Of a DNA stretch of 13,626 bases, positions 5,070 to 13,626 are shown in pieces. The notes under the pieces were generated by a model. The model searched no databases. It was given only the letters and a program-made list of their open reading frames with translations, and was not told where the DNA came from. The DNA is taken from positions 1 through 13,626 of the forward strand of contig JADFSZ010000022.1 of NCBI GenBank assembly GCA_022560555.1. Reading direction: 5' to 3'. Each line of letters opens with the position of its first letter. Positions within the stretch are counted from its first letter, which is position 1. Both the position numbers and the translations under genes were made by a program. This stretch comes from PVC group bacterium. GTDB lineage: Bacteria > GCA-001730085 > JADFSZ01.

Positions 5070-6820
5070 GGTGGAGTCAATTTTTTATTCCGACGATCAA
5101 GGAGGTTCCGGCTGACGCGGATGTTATAAGCCATAAACTCATGTACCGGGCCGGTCTCATTCGTAAATTGGTATCGGGGTTTTATACCTATTTGCCGATG
5201 GGCTTGCGTGTTCTTTCAAAAATTGAAAACATTATTCGAAAAGAAATGAATAAGAAAGGTGCTCTGGAAATACTTATGCCGACTTTACAGCCGCGTGAGC
5301 TTTGGGAGACGAGCGGGCGATGGCATACGATGGGTCCGGAGATGATGCGTCTTAAAAATCGCCAAGACCGGGATTTTGTCTTAGGGCCCACACATGAAGA
5401 AGTGATCACGGATCTCATTGCCAGAGAGATTAATTCTTATCGGCAATTGCCCTTAAATTTTTATCAGATTCAAACAAAATTCCGTGATGAGATACGGCCG
5501 CGTTTCGGTGTGATGCGTTCTCGTGAATTTATCATGAAAGACGCTTACAGTTTTGATAAAGATGCCGAAGGTGCGAAGAAAAGTTATCAGGATATGGTTG
5601 ATGCCTATCAACAGATATTTCAGAAATGCGGATGTTCCGCGCTGGCGGTTGAAGCCGACACGGGCATTATGGGCGGTGAATCCTCCGCCGAATTTATGGT
5701 GCCTTCTGACACGGGTGAGGAAGAAATGGTCTGTTGCGAACACTGTGATTATGCAGCCAATAGCGAAAAAGCCGAAAGCCATGGCTTGTTTGATCAAACA
5801 GGGGATGAAGGAGCTCTCGAAGAAGTGCATACACCGAATTGCACATCCGTGAGTGATGTAAGCGCATTCTTAAAGGTTCAACCTTCTTGTCTTGTGAAGA
5901 CCCTGCTTTATGTTCACGACACAGACAAGAAAGTCCTTGTTCTTGTGCGAGGAGATCGAAATATTGTCGAAATGAAATTGATTCAATATCTTCACGCGTC
6001 AGATCTGCGTCTCGCGGATGAAAAAGAGATTGAAGAAGTGTTTCATGCTCCGGTTGGTTTTGTCGGACCGCAGGGGATTATGGGCGTGAGAGTGATTGCG
6101 GACATGAGTGTTCTGGGCGTGGTATCCGGAATCACAGGGGCAAACAAAAAAGATTATCATGTCAAAGGGTTAAATCTCAAGCGTGATGTACCGTCTTTTG
6201 AACAAGCGCATTTGCACCAGGTGCTCCAAGGGGATCCTTGTCCGAAATGCCGAAAGCCTTTACAGATCAAAAAAGGCATCGAGGTTGGCCATGTTTTTAA
6301 CCTCGGGACAAAATACAGTAAAGCCTTGGGTGCCACATTTTTGGATCAAGCGGGTCAGAGTCAATTGGCCATCATGGGCTGTTTTGGGATTGGTGTGAGT
6401 AGAACAATGGCGGCGATCATCGAAGTGAATCATGATGAACAAGGAATTGTGTGGCCCGTTAGTGTCGCTCCTTTTGAAATACTGTTGATGCCCCTTGATT
6501 CTGATGACAAAAATATGTTGAAAGAAGCCGAGCGTATTTACACATCCCTTCAGGAACAAGGCCTTCAGGTTCTTTGGGATGATCGGGATGAGCGCGCGGG
6601 AGTGAAGTTTAAGGATGCTGAACTCATAGGGATCCCTTATATGATCATTCTGGGAAAAAAATCCATGGCGAAAGGCTTGGGTGAACTCGAAATCCGTAGA
6701 GGCCATCAAAAACAAGACGTCCCTTTGGATCAGATTGTTGAAAGATCACGGGATTTGATAGGACACGCATATCGGGATCTAGGCTTTTTAGATGTGCCGC
6801 AAGTGCAGGGGGCTTTATGA
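5066..6820 (+). CDS. proS: Prolyl-tRNA synthetase, bacterial type with an inserted editing domain
   Basis: 584 aa. N-terminus RWSQFFIPTIKEVPADADVISHKLMYRAGLIRKL. Class II motifs (FRDEIRPRFGVMRSREFIMKDAYSF and GCFGIGVSRTMAAIIE). ATGA overlap with the rseP stop. Confidence 0.96.
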   Translation: MRWSQFFIPTIKEVPADADVISHKLMYRAGLIRKLVSGFYTYLPMGLRVLSKIENIIRKEMNKKGALEILMPTLQPRELWETSGRWHTMGPEMMRLKNRQDRDFVLGPTHEEVITDLIAREINSYRQLPLNFYQIQTKFRDEIRPRFGVMRSREFIMKDAYSFDKDAEGAKKSYQDMVDAYQQIFQKCGCSALAVEADTGIMGGESSAEFMVPSDTGEEEMVCCEHCDYAANSEKAESHGLFDQTGDEGALEEVHTPNCTSVSDVSAFLKVQPSCLVKTLLYVHDTDKKVLVLVRGDRNIVEMKLIQYLHASDLRLADEKEIEEVFHAPVGFVGPQGIMGVRVIADMSVLGVVSGITGANKKDYHVKGLNLKRDVPSFEQAHLHQVLQGDPCPKCRKPLQIKKGIEVGHVFNLGTKYSKALGATFLDQAGQSQLAIMGCFGIGVSRTMAAIIEVNHDEQGIVWPVSVAPFEILLMPLDSDDKNMLKEAERIYTSLQEQGLQVLWDDRDERAGVKFKDAELIGIPYMIILGKKSMAKGLGELEIRRGHQKQDVPLDQIVERSRDLIGHAYRDLGFLDVPQVQGAL

Positions 6821-7278
6821 GTTTAATGAAGGTGATCAGTCGGACAAGCAAAGATATTGAGAAAATGGCGGCCGCATTGGGTTTAGAAATTTTTGAAATC
6901 AAGTGTTCAAATATGTTTCTCGGAATCACAGCCGATCGGTGCGAATCTCACATCACACTTGATGAGTGTGCTGCTCTTTCCCGGAAAATTGCAGAGTTTT
7001 TAGATGAATATGAGGCTGAAATCAATGGAGAATATGCCCTTGAAGTCACAAGCCCGGGTATGTATCGGCCGCTTCTTAAGGCAAGGCATTATGAGCAATC
7101 GATCGGCAAGCAAATTAGAATTGTCACAAAAGTGGATGGCAAAAAACGAAGATATACGGGTGTTTTAGAAAGTTTTAACGGGAAGTGCGTTCGTATGACC
7201 TTAAAGGACACGGCCGAAACGGTAGAATGGTCCATTGAACACATTCTAGAGGCTCAGTTGAACCCAAACAATGCTTGA
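6817..7278 (+). CDS. rimP: Ribosome maturation factor RimP
   Basis: 153 aa. The LEVTSPGMYRPL motif is typical of RimP. Sits immediately upstream of nusA-infB. ATGA overlap with the proS stop. Confidence 0.9.
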   Translation: MSLMKVISRTSKDIEKMAAALGLEIFEIKCSNMFLGITADRCESHITLDECAALSRKIAEFLDEYEAEINGEYALEVTSPGMYRPLLKARHYEQSIGKQIRIVTKVDGKKRRYTGVLESFNGKCVRMTLKDTAETVEWSIEHILEAQLNPNNA

Positions 7279-7321
7279 AGTGAATCAAAATGTGAAATCG
7301 AGAAAAGGCAAGGAGTAAAAT

Positions 7322-8521
7322 ATGAATAAGGATTTGCTGAACATTATCGGTCATCTTGAGCGTGAAAAAGGAATTGATCGTGAAAAGCTGATCACGATGA
7401 TCGAAGGAGCTATCTTAACGGCATCTAAGAAAAGCGCTCTCTTAAAGGGAGACGTCGTTGTCAAGATTGATAGAGAGACGGGGGAAATGCGTGTGTTTCT
7501 GGATGACAAAGAAGTTACGCCGGCCAATTTTGGCCGGATCGCGGCCCAGACGGCGAAGCAAGTGATCATTCAGAAAATTCGTGAAGCTGAGCGGGAAGTT
7601 ATATTTGAAGAATTTTCCCAACGAACAAATGAATTAATGAGCGGGATCATTCAAAGATATGACAGAGGCAACATTATAATTAATATCGGGAAAGCGGAAA
7701 CTATTTTGCCCAAAAAAGAGCAAGTGCCCCGCGATGATTATCGGCAAGGTGAACGGGTTCGTGTGATTGTGACCGAGGCTCGAAAAACCAATCATGGACC
7801 TGAAATCATTGTTTCCAGAAGAAGCCCGATTTTTATCAAAAAGCTGTTTGAATTAGAGGTCCCTGAGATTTCCGAAGGGATTGTCTCGATTGAATCGATC
7901 GCTCGTGATGCCGGGGAGAGAACAAAAATTGCTGTGTCCTCCGCTTCCGAAAGGATCGATGCCGTCGGAGCCTGTGTCGGAATGAAGGGTATTCGTGTGA
8001 AAAATATTGTTGGTGAACTGCGCGGGGAAAAGATTGATATTGTTCGTTACAATGATGACCCTGTGACGTATGTGAAAAACGCGTTATCCCCTGCCGAAAT
8101 CCGGGATGTTAAATTGGACCGGGAGAATAAAACATGTGACATCATTGTAAACAAAGACCAACTGTCTCTTGCCATTGGACGGCATGGCCAAAACACTAAA
8201 TTGGCAGCGAAATTAACCGGATGGAAAATTGATGTAAAATGCTGGGAAGATATGGGAGGAGAGAAGGCATTTTTGCCTCTGACAAAAGCGGAAATTGCTG
8301 AGGACATTATGTCCAAGAAAATTAAAGAAATCCAGGCTAAGATCCAAAGCCTCCCCGGTGTCGGCCCTAAAGTCGCCGAGGCCATTGTGACGGCCGGATT
8401 TACATCTATTGAACAAATTGCTCAAAGCGAAGTGAGTGATTTGTCCGAAATTCCCGGAATCGGAGGGAAAATGGCCGAAAAGATTATTGCTTCGTCCAGA
8501 GAATATACGGGGGGTGAGTGA
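7322..8521 (+). CDS. nusA: Transcription termination/antitermination factor NusA
   Basis: 399 aa. NusA N-terminal domain (LEREKGIDREKLITMIEGAI), S1 and two KH regions (GACVGMKGIRVKNIVGELRGEKIDIV and LAIGRHGQNTKLAAKLTGWKIDV), and C-terminal helix-hairpin-helix repeats. AAGGAG SD lies 7 nt upstream. Confidence 0.96.
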   Translation: MNKDLLNIIGHLEREKGIDREKLITMIEGAILTASKKSALLKGDVVVKIDRETGEMRVFLDDKEVTPANFGRIAAQTAKQVIIQKIREAEREVIFEEFSQRTNELMSGIIQRYDRGNIIINIGKAETILPKKEQVPRDDYRQGERVRVIVTEARKTNHGPEIIVSRRSPIFIKKLFELEVPEISEGIVSIESIARDAGERTKIAVSSASERIDAVGACVGMKGIRVKNIVGELRGEKIDIVRYNDDPVTYVKNALSPAEIRDVKLDRENKTCDIIVNKDQLSLAIGRHGQNTKLAAKLTGWKIDVKCWEDMGGEKAFLPLTKAEIAEDIMSKKIKEIQAKIQSLPGVGPKVAEAIVTAGFTSIEQIAQSEVSDLSEIPGIGGKMAEKIIASSREYTGGE

Positions 8522-8523
8522 TT

Positions 8524-10569
8524 ATGGGGATCCGTGTGTATACCTTAGCGAAGGACCTTAGCCTCTCGAGCAAGGAACTCATTCAAAAGCTTCAAGAGAT
8601 GGAGTTTCCCGTAAAAGGACATATGAGTATGCTTGAAGACGATGTTGCCGACCTCGTTAAAGCAGAATTAGAAAGCAAAGTTGAGCCCGAGCCGGCCGTT
8701 ACTTTAAAGGAAGAAATTGTTTCAAAAGAAAAAAGTGAAACAAGCGAAGAAGGTAAAGACAAAGAGGGAAAAGATGAAACCGGGACATCCGAAAATGTTG
8801 GGCAAGAAATCACTATAAAATCGCCTGTGGTTGTCAGAACGCTTGCCGAAGCGCTGGGAATTAAGGTTAATGACCTGATCCGGGAGCTTATGAAACTAAA
8901 AATATTTGCTGCCATAAATCAAGCTTTACCCGAGGAAATCGCCGCTAAGGTGGCTAAGGTTTTTGGATTTGAGTTAAAAATCGAAGAGACAGCACCGGAA
9001 AAAGATGAGGTTCTTTTTGAGGATAAAGAACATGACGATCCAAAAAAACTAAAGCCGCGGTCTCCGGTTGTGACCCTTATGGGACATGTCGATCATGGAA
9101 AAACATCGTTATTAGATCAAATACGAAAAACAAACGTGGCGGACCAGGAACACGGAGGGATTACGCAGCATATCGGAGCTTATGAAGTCTTTTTGGAAAA
9201 AGGCCGTGTTGTTTTTCTTGATACACCCGGCCATAAAGCGTTTACGGCTATGCGCGCCCGGGGAGCCAACGCGACAGACGTTATTGTTCTTGTTGTCGCC
9301 GCCGATGATAGCGTGATGCCTCAGACGAAAGAAGCCGTTGATCATGCGCGCGCTGCCCGTGTCCCGATTGTTGTTGCGATTAACAAAATTGACAAAGCGG
9401 GGGCTAATGTGGATGTTGTCAAAAAGGATCTCGTGGATTTGGAGTTAACACCGGATGACTGGGGCGGTAAAACGGTTTGTGTCCCGGTGTCGGCTGTAAC
9501 GGGTGAGGGCATCGAGGAGCTTTTAGAACTTCTTTTGTTGGAGACGGATCTTTTAGAATTAAAAGCCAATCCGGATAAACCCGCCCGTGGGATTGTTATT
9601 GAGGCTCACTTGTCTCAAGGACGGGGCGCGGTGGCAACGGTTCTTGTTCAGGATGGAACCCTAAGGACGGGCGATATGGTTGTGTGCGGTATGACATGGG
9701 GCAGAGTGCGAGCTCTCATCAATGATCGGGGCAAACATGTAAAAATAGCCGGTCCCGCAACGCCCATGGAAATTGCCGGTCTTGCGAATGTTCCTATGGC
9801 CGGGGATCGATTCACTGTTGTCAAAAATGAAAAAACAGCCCGTGACTTTTGTCAGAGACTTCAGCATGAAAGTAAACAAAAAGCGCATTTGAAGGGCGCG
9901 AATCAAGTGACTTTAGAAAATCTGTATGATCATATAACTCAAGGAAAGATGAAAGAACTTACCATTATTGTTAAGGCCGATGTCCAGGGATCTTTGGGCG
10001 TTATTGTTGAATGCATCCAGAAGCTGGAAACAGAAGAAATAAAAGTGAATGTGATTCATGACGGGATTGGCGGAATAAATGAATCTGATATTATGCTTGC
10101 CTCTGCGTCAAAAGCGATTGTAATCGGTTTTCATGTCCGTCCTTTGACAGGGGTTGATGCTTTGGCGCAAAAGGAAAAAGTGCAAATAAGGTGCTATAAA
10201 ATTATTTACGAATTAGTCGAAGATCTCGAGCGCGCTGTTCAGGGAATGCTTGATCCGAAGTATGAGGAGCAAGTGATCGGAAGATGTGTGATCAAGCAGG
10301 TATTCAAAGTTTCCCGGATCGGCACCATTGCCGGATGCCTTGTGCAAAAGGGCAAAATTTCAAGAAACGCGAAGATCCGGCTCATTCGGGACGACGTTGA
10401 AATATATTCGGGAACGCTATCTTCCCTGAAAAGGTTTAAGGATGATGTTCGTGAAGTACAGCAGAATTTCGAATGCGGATTATCCGTTGAGAATTACAAC
10501 GATCTGCGTGAAGAAGATATTATTGAGGCTTTTGTCATGGAAGTCGTGAAACTGGAGCCAAAATCATAG
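8524..10569 (+). CDS. infB: Translation initiation factor IF-2
   Basis: G-domain motifs [17 protein letters not shown] and NKID. IF2_N-like segments ([10 protein letters not shown] and [18 protein letters not shown]). I prefer ATG 8524 because GGTGAG sits ~6 nt upstream. The ORF track start GTG 8518 overlaps the nusA stop and cannot be excluded. Confidence 0.96.
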   Translation: MGIRVYTLAKDLSLSSKELIQKLQEMEFPVKGHMSMLEDDVADLVKAELESKVEPEPAVTLKEEIVSKEKSETSEEGKDKEGKDETGTSENVGQEITIKSPVVVRTLAEALGIKVNDLIRELMKLKIFAAINQALPEEIAAKVAKVFGFELKIEETAPEKDEVLFEDKEHDDPKKLKPRSPVVTLMGHVDHGKTSLLDQIRKTNVADQEHGGITQHIGAYEVFLEKGRVVFLDTPGHKAFTAMRARGANATDVIVLVVAADDSVMPQTKEAVDHARAARVPIVVAINKIDKAGANVDVVKKDLVDLELTPDDWGGKTVCVPVSAVTGEGIEELLELLLLETDLLELKANPDKPARGIVIEAHLSQGRGAVATVLVQDGTLRTGDMVVCGMTWGRVRALINDRGKHVKIAGPATPMEIAGLANVPMAGDRFTVVKNEKTARDFCQRLQHESKQKAHLKGANQVTLENLYDHITQGKMKELTIIVKADVQGSLGVIVECIQKLETEEIKVNVIHDGIGGINESDIMLASASKAIVIGFHVRPLTGVDALAQKEKVQIRCYKIIYELVEDLERAVQGMLDPKYEEQVIGRCVIKQVFKVSRIGTIAGCLVQKGKISRNAKIRLIRDDVEIYSGTLSSLKRFKDDVREVQQNFECGLSVENYNDLREEDIIEAFVMEVVKLEPKS

Positions 10570-10578
10570 GAAGGTCAT

Positions 10579-10965
10579 ATGTCACGTCGGTCTGAGCGTG
10601 TGGGGCACATAATCCAAAAGGAGTTGGGGCGGCTTCTTACCGAGGAAGCCCGGGACCCTCGTTTGGGATTCGTAACGGTTGTGAATGTGAATTGCCCGAA
10701 TGACCTTCGGAACGTGAAAATTTATATCAGTGTTATGGGATCCCCTGAGCAGAAAAAGAAAACGCTTTTGGGCTTGAACAGCGCGAAAGGGTATTTGAGG
10801 AGCCGAGTCGGAAACATCATCCAATTGAGATATGTCCCGGAATTTCATTTTATTATTGATGATACGTTGGACCGGGCTGATGAGTTTGACCGTCTTATGG
10901 CTGAGGCCGGATTAGCCAAAGATCACAAGGATGTTGACGATGAGTCCCACAAAGAAGATTCTTGA
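10579..10965 (+). CDS. rbfA: Ribosome-binding factor A (30S maturation)
   Basis: 128 aa. RVGHIIQKELGRLL...DPRLGFVTVVNVNCPNDLRNVKIYISVMG is a typical RbfA core. Canonical position after infB. GGAAGG SD. Confidence 0.93.
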   Translation: MSRRSERVGHIIQKELGRLLTEEARDPRLGFVTVVNVNCPNDLRNVKIYISVMGSPEQKKKTLLGLNSAKGYLRSRVGNIIQLRYVPEFHFIIDDTLDRADEFDRLMAEAGLAKDHKDVDDESHKEDS

Positions 10966-11902
10966 ATTGATACGTCAAAGCCGGGACGTCACGATCACCT
11001 ATCATGTGAATCCGGACGGCGATGCGCTTGGCAGTGCTTTAGCTATGAAGGATTTGGTCCGTTCTTTTAAGAAAAAAGCCGTCATTATAGGCTCCGATAA
11101 ACCTAGCCCTCGATATAATTTTCTTTCGGGTTTCAATTCTATCAAGTTTCTCTCTTGGGGCTCTTCCTTGAAAATAAATACTGACCTCCTGATTGTTTTG
11201 GATTCCCCTGAGATGGATCGGATTGGACATATTCGCAACAATATAATCGCAAAGAAAATTATCAAGATAGATCATCACCTTAGCCATGAGCATTTTGGTG
11301 ATGTGAACTATGTTAACGCCAAAGCGGCTGCAACAGGGGAACTTGTTTTTGGCGTGTTCTCCCAAGGGCGGATAAAATTGAGTCGCGAAACCGCCCGGGC
11401 TCTCTATGCGGCGATTGCGACGGATACCGGATTCTTTTCCCAGGAAAATACCAGAAAAGAAACTTTTGAAATTATTTCAAAGCTTGTAGCCATAGGTGTC
11501 TTGCCGGATGAAATGTATCGGGCGATATGCGGTGAGCGCGAATTAAAATATTTTCAATTGGAAAGCCAAGTGAGAAACACATTAGTCCTTCACAATAAGG
11601 GGAGGGTTGCAAGCATAGAAATCAAGTACCCATGGAATAAAAAATATGACGCCGCGAATACGGATACGAATGATTTTTTTGCAAGTTTGAAGTGCTTGCG
11701 CGGGGTTCAGGTTATGGTCCTTTTTTGGGAAAGAAAACCTAAAGAAATAAAGATGAGTCTCAGATCGAGAAAAACATTTAACGTTTGTAGATTGGCGCAG
11801 ATATTTGGCGGGGGCGGCCATCGCTTAGCCGCGGGATGCACCATTAAAGGGTCTCTTTCACACGTGAAGCAGAAATTACTTTCTCAAATAAAACTTAGAT
11901 AA
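10940..11902 (+). CDS. nrnA: DHH/DHHA1 family phosphoesterase, NrnA-like (oligoribonuclease / pAp phosphatase)
   Basis: DHH motifs HVNPDGDALGS, VLDSP and KIDHH. DHHA1 motif GGGGHRLAAG. The rbfA-nrnA-truB arrangement is common. I prefer ATG 10940 (AAGGA lies 8 nt upstream); ATG 10931 is also possible. Either start overlaps the rbfA 3' end. Confidence 0.85.
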   Translation: MSPTKKILELIRQSRDVTITYHVNPDGDALGSALAMKDLVRSFKKKAVIIGSDKPSPRYNFLSGFNSIKFLSWGSSLKINTDLLIVLDSPEMDRIGHIRNNIIAKKIIKIDHHLSHEHFGDVNYVNAKAAATGELVFGVFSQGRIKLSRETARALYAAIATDTGFFSQENTRKETFEIISKLVAIGVLPDEMYRAICGERELKYFQLESQVRNTLVLHNKGRVASIEIKYPWNKKYDAANTDTNDFFASLKCLRGVQVMVLFWERKPKEIKMSLRSRKTFNVCRLAQIFGGGGHRLAAGCTIKGSLSHVKQKLLSQIKLR

Positions 11903-11919
11903 CACTCTTAAGGCCGTAT

Positions 11920-12651
11920 ATGAAAACGATACTTTGCGACACTAACATTCATGGCGTTGTATTTGTCGACAAGCCCCCGGGATTAACATCGTTTGACGTT
12001 GTGAGAAAAATTAAACCGCTTGTGGCCCCACTCAAAATCGGTCATGGGGGGACACTGGATCCTATGGCTCGAGGCATGCTTCCCATCCTGATTGGTCAAG
12101 GGACGAAATGGATGGAATCGTTACTTGCGTTACCGAAAACCTATCGATTTGTCATGCGTTTAGGTCAAGAAACGGATACGGATGATATTTTAGGAAAAGT
12201 AGAAGTTGAAAAACCCTATGATCATGTTTGTGAAAATCAATTAATAAGCGCGATGAAGCACTTTGAGGGAACGATCGATCAGACTCCGCCTATGTATTCC
12301 GCGCTGCGCCATAAAGGGGAAAGATTATATCAGTTAGCCCGTAAAGGGAAAATTATCCCCCGCCAAAAACGAAAGATTACCATATATAATTTCCGTCTCC
12401 TTTACACGAATCTGCCGCGGGTTGAATTGCTCATAGAGTGTTCACGAGGTACGTATGTGAGGACTATTTGCCGTGATCTTGGGCGGATGGTGAAAACTGT
12501 CGGGTGTATGGAGTCTCTCGTCAGAGAAAGGATTGGGTGTTTTACATTGAATGAGGCCGTAAGTCTGATGGAACTTCTTTCACAAGGACTTGAGGGAATC
12601 AAAAAACATCTTATTCAGAAAAAGACGTGGAATCCATCCGAATGTTTATGA
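11920..12651 (+). CDS. truB: tRNA pseudouridine(55) synthase TruB, short form
   Basis: GHGGTLDPMARGMLPILIG contains the catalytic Asp motif. PPMYSALRHKGERLYQLARKG is also present. Only 243 aa. Confidence 0.93.
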   Translation: MKTILCDTNIHGVVFVDKPPGLTSFDVVRKIKPLVAPLKIGHGGTLDPMARGMLPILIGQGTKWMESLLALPKTYRFVMRLGQETDTDDILGKVEVEKPYDHVCENQLISAMKHFEGTIDQTPPMYSALRHKGERLYQLARKGKIIPRQKRKITIYNFRLLYTNLPRVELLIECSRGTYVRTICRDLGRMVKTVGCMESLVRERIGCFTLNEAVSLMELLSQGLEGIKKHLIQKKTWNPSECL

Positions 12652-13610
12652 ATGTGATACCTCATCCAAAGAAGTGCCCGAAACACCTAAAATCAGTTGC
12701 GGCCATCGGGTTTTTTGACGGAGTGCACTTAGGGCATCAGAAAATTATAGAGAAAGCAATCCGCTTAGCTAAAAGGAATCATAAAAAAAGCGTTGTTGTG
12801 ACATTTGACAGGCATCCCCAAGAGGTGTTGCGCCCGACTCGTTCAAAGTCTTTATTGACAAACCTGGAGCACAAACTTTGTTTGATACGGAAATTGAAGC
12901 CTGATTACTGTTATGTGATTCGATTTACGAAGGCTTTTTCAAGAAAAACACCTCGTGATTTTGTCAGACAAATATTACATAGGGATTTGAAGGCAACGGA
13001 TGTTGTGGTCGGATTCAATTTCCGGTTTGGACATGAAAGGCAAGGGGATGTGAAGGTGCTGGGTGAACTCGGCCGACAGTTCGGATATTGCACATGGGTT
13101 GTGAGCCCGGTTAAGTCCCATAAACATCTCGTATCAAGCTCAAGAATCAGGGAAGCCGTAAAACAGGGGGATCTGTCTCTAGCCAAAAGTTTGTTAGGAC
13201 ATCCCGTGAGCATGATGGGAAAAGTCATATCCGGGGACGGCAAAGGAAAAACCTTTGGTTTTCCGACGGCAAATCTCAAAGTGTTTAATCAAGTTGTTCC
13301 GCCGCCGGGCGTTTATCTTGTTCGGGTGAAATTTAATAAAAAGGTCTATAATGGATTGCTGAATATCGGGCCCCGGGCGAAGTTCTTGGAAGGGAAAACA
13401 TTATTTATTCGAAAAGAAAAGGATGAAATCAAAATCGAAATTCATATTTTAAATTTCAGGTCAACCGTTTACGGAAAAACCCTTTTTGTTGAAATTATTA
13501 AAAAGTTAAGAGACACTCAAAAGTTTAACGATGCAGATTCCCTGAAAAGGCAAGTGTTTTTAGATATTAAGAAAGCAGGGCTCTTTTTTAAGAAGCAGAA
13601 AAAAAGATAA
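12648..13610 (+). CDS. ribF: Bifunctional riboflavin kinase / FMN adenylyltransferase
   Basis: N-terminal FMNAT motif AIGFFDGVHLGHQKII. Kinase-domain motifs FGFPTANL and IEIHILNF..YGK. I prefer ATG 12648, which gives an ATGA overlap with the truB stop. The ORF track start GTG 12627 and ATG 12642 are in-frame alternatives. Confidence 0.92.
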   Translation: MNVIPHPKKCPKHLKSVAAIGFFDGVHLGHQKIIEKAIRLAKRNHKKSVVVTFDRHPQEVLRPTRSKSLLTNLEHKLCLIRKLKPDYCYVIRFTKAFSRKTPRDFVRQILHRDLKATDVVVGFNFRFGHERQGDVKVLGELGRQFGYCTWVVSPVKSHKHLVSSSRIREAVKQGDLSLAKSLLGHPVSMMGKVISGDGKGKTFGFPTANLKVFNQVVPPPGVYLVRVKFNKKVYNGLLNIGPRAKFLEGKTLFIRKEKDEIKIEIHILNFRSTVYGKTLFVEIIKKLRDTQKFNDADSLKRQVFLDIKKAGLFFKKQKKR

Positions 13611-13626
13611 ACAATGATTATGAAAT

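Noticed and set aside
5066-5100. Possible T-box or other leader upstream of proS
   Set aside because: The proS start overlaps the rseP stop (ATGA), so there is no intergenic space for a leader RNA.
4482-13279. Numerous antisense ORFs inside the housekeeping genes (e.g. 5453..5830 -, 6260..6715 -, 8047..8385 -, 8592..8915 -, 11039..11365 -, 12911..13279 -)
   Set aside because: Each lies fully opposite a confidently identified conserved gene, and none has a recognisable motif or RBS. They are expected shadow ORFs.
13615-13626. ATGATTATGAAAT at the right edge as the start of the next gene (rpsO commonly follows ribF)
   Set aside because: Only 4 codons are visible, so it cannot be supported from this window.
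1-13626. CRISPR arrays, transposase or integrase genes, IS-type terminal inverted repeats, toxin-antitoxin or defence-gene signatures
   Set aside because: I saw no repeat-spacer periodicity, no recombinase-like ORF and no recognisable defence domains on reading the ORF set and the intergenic regions.

Overview
Bacterial chromosomal window, moderately AT-rich, standard genetic code (TAA, TAG and TGA all terminate clear genes). About 11.2 kb (2384..13610, + strand) is one tightly packed housekeeping gene string: uppS, cdsA, rseP, proS, rimP, nusA, infB, rbfA, an NrnA-like DHH phosphoesterase, truB and ribF. Gaps are 0-43 nt and several junctions are ATGA/GTGA start-stop overlaps. Upstream lie tRNA-Arg(CCG) (1301..1374) and, 11 nt after it, a DjlA-type membrane J-domain co-chaperone (1386..2192). 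The left ~1.3 kb looks AT-richer by eye and is poorly conserved. It holds a small membrane-anchored ORF on the minus strand whose frame continues past an in-frame TAA to the window edge. It also holds a small + strand ORF with an HAARQ..WTSKLG..H motif whose frame is open 195 nt upstream without a canonical start, and about 420 nt of non-coding DNA. I do not see a convincing new multi-gene protein system. The least explained signals are non-coding. Two mini transcription units, each a perfect TTGACA-16-TATAAT promoter followed shortly by a strong intrinsic terminator, bracket the tRNA-djlA pair. The first has helically phased direct repeats upstream. A structured ~190 nt spacer carries a 12-nt copy of the tRNA anticodon arm. 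The CdsA homologue deviates at two normally invariant signature residues. No homology search or folding computation was possible; protein calls rest on motifs I recognise in the supplied translations plus conserved synteny.
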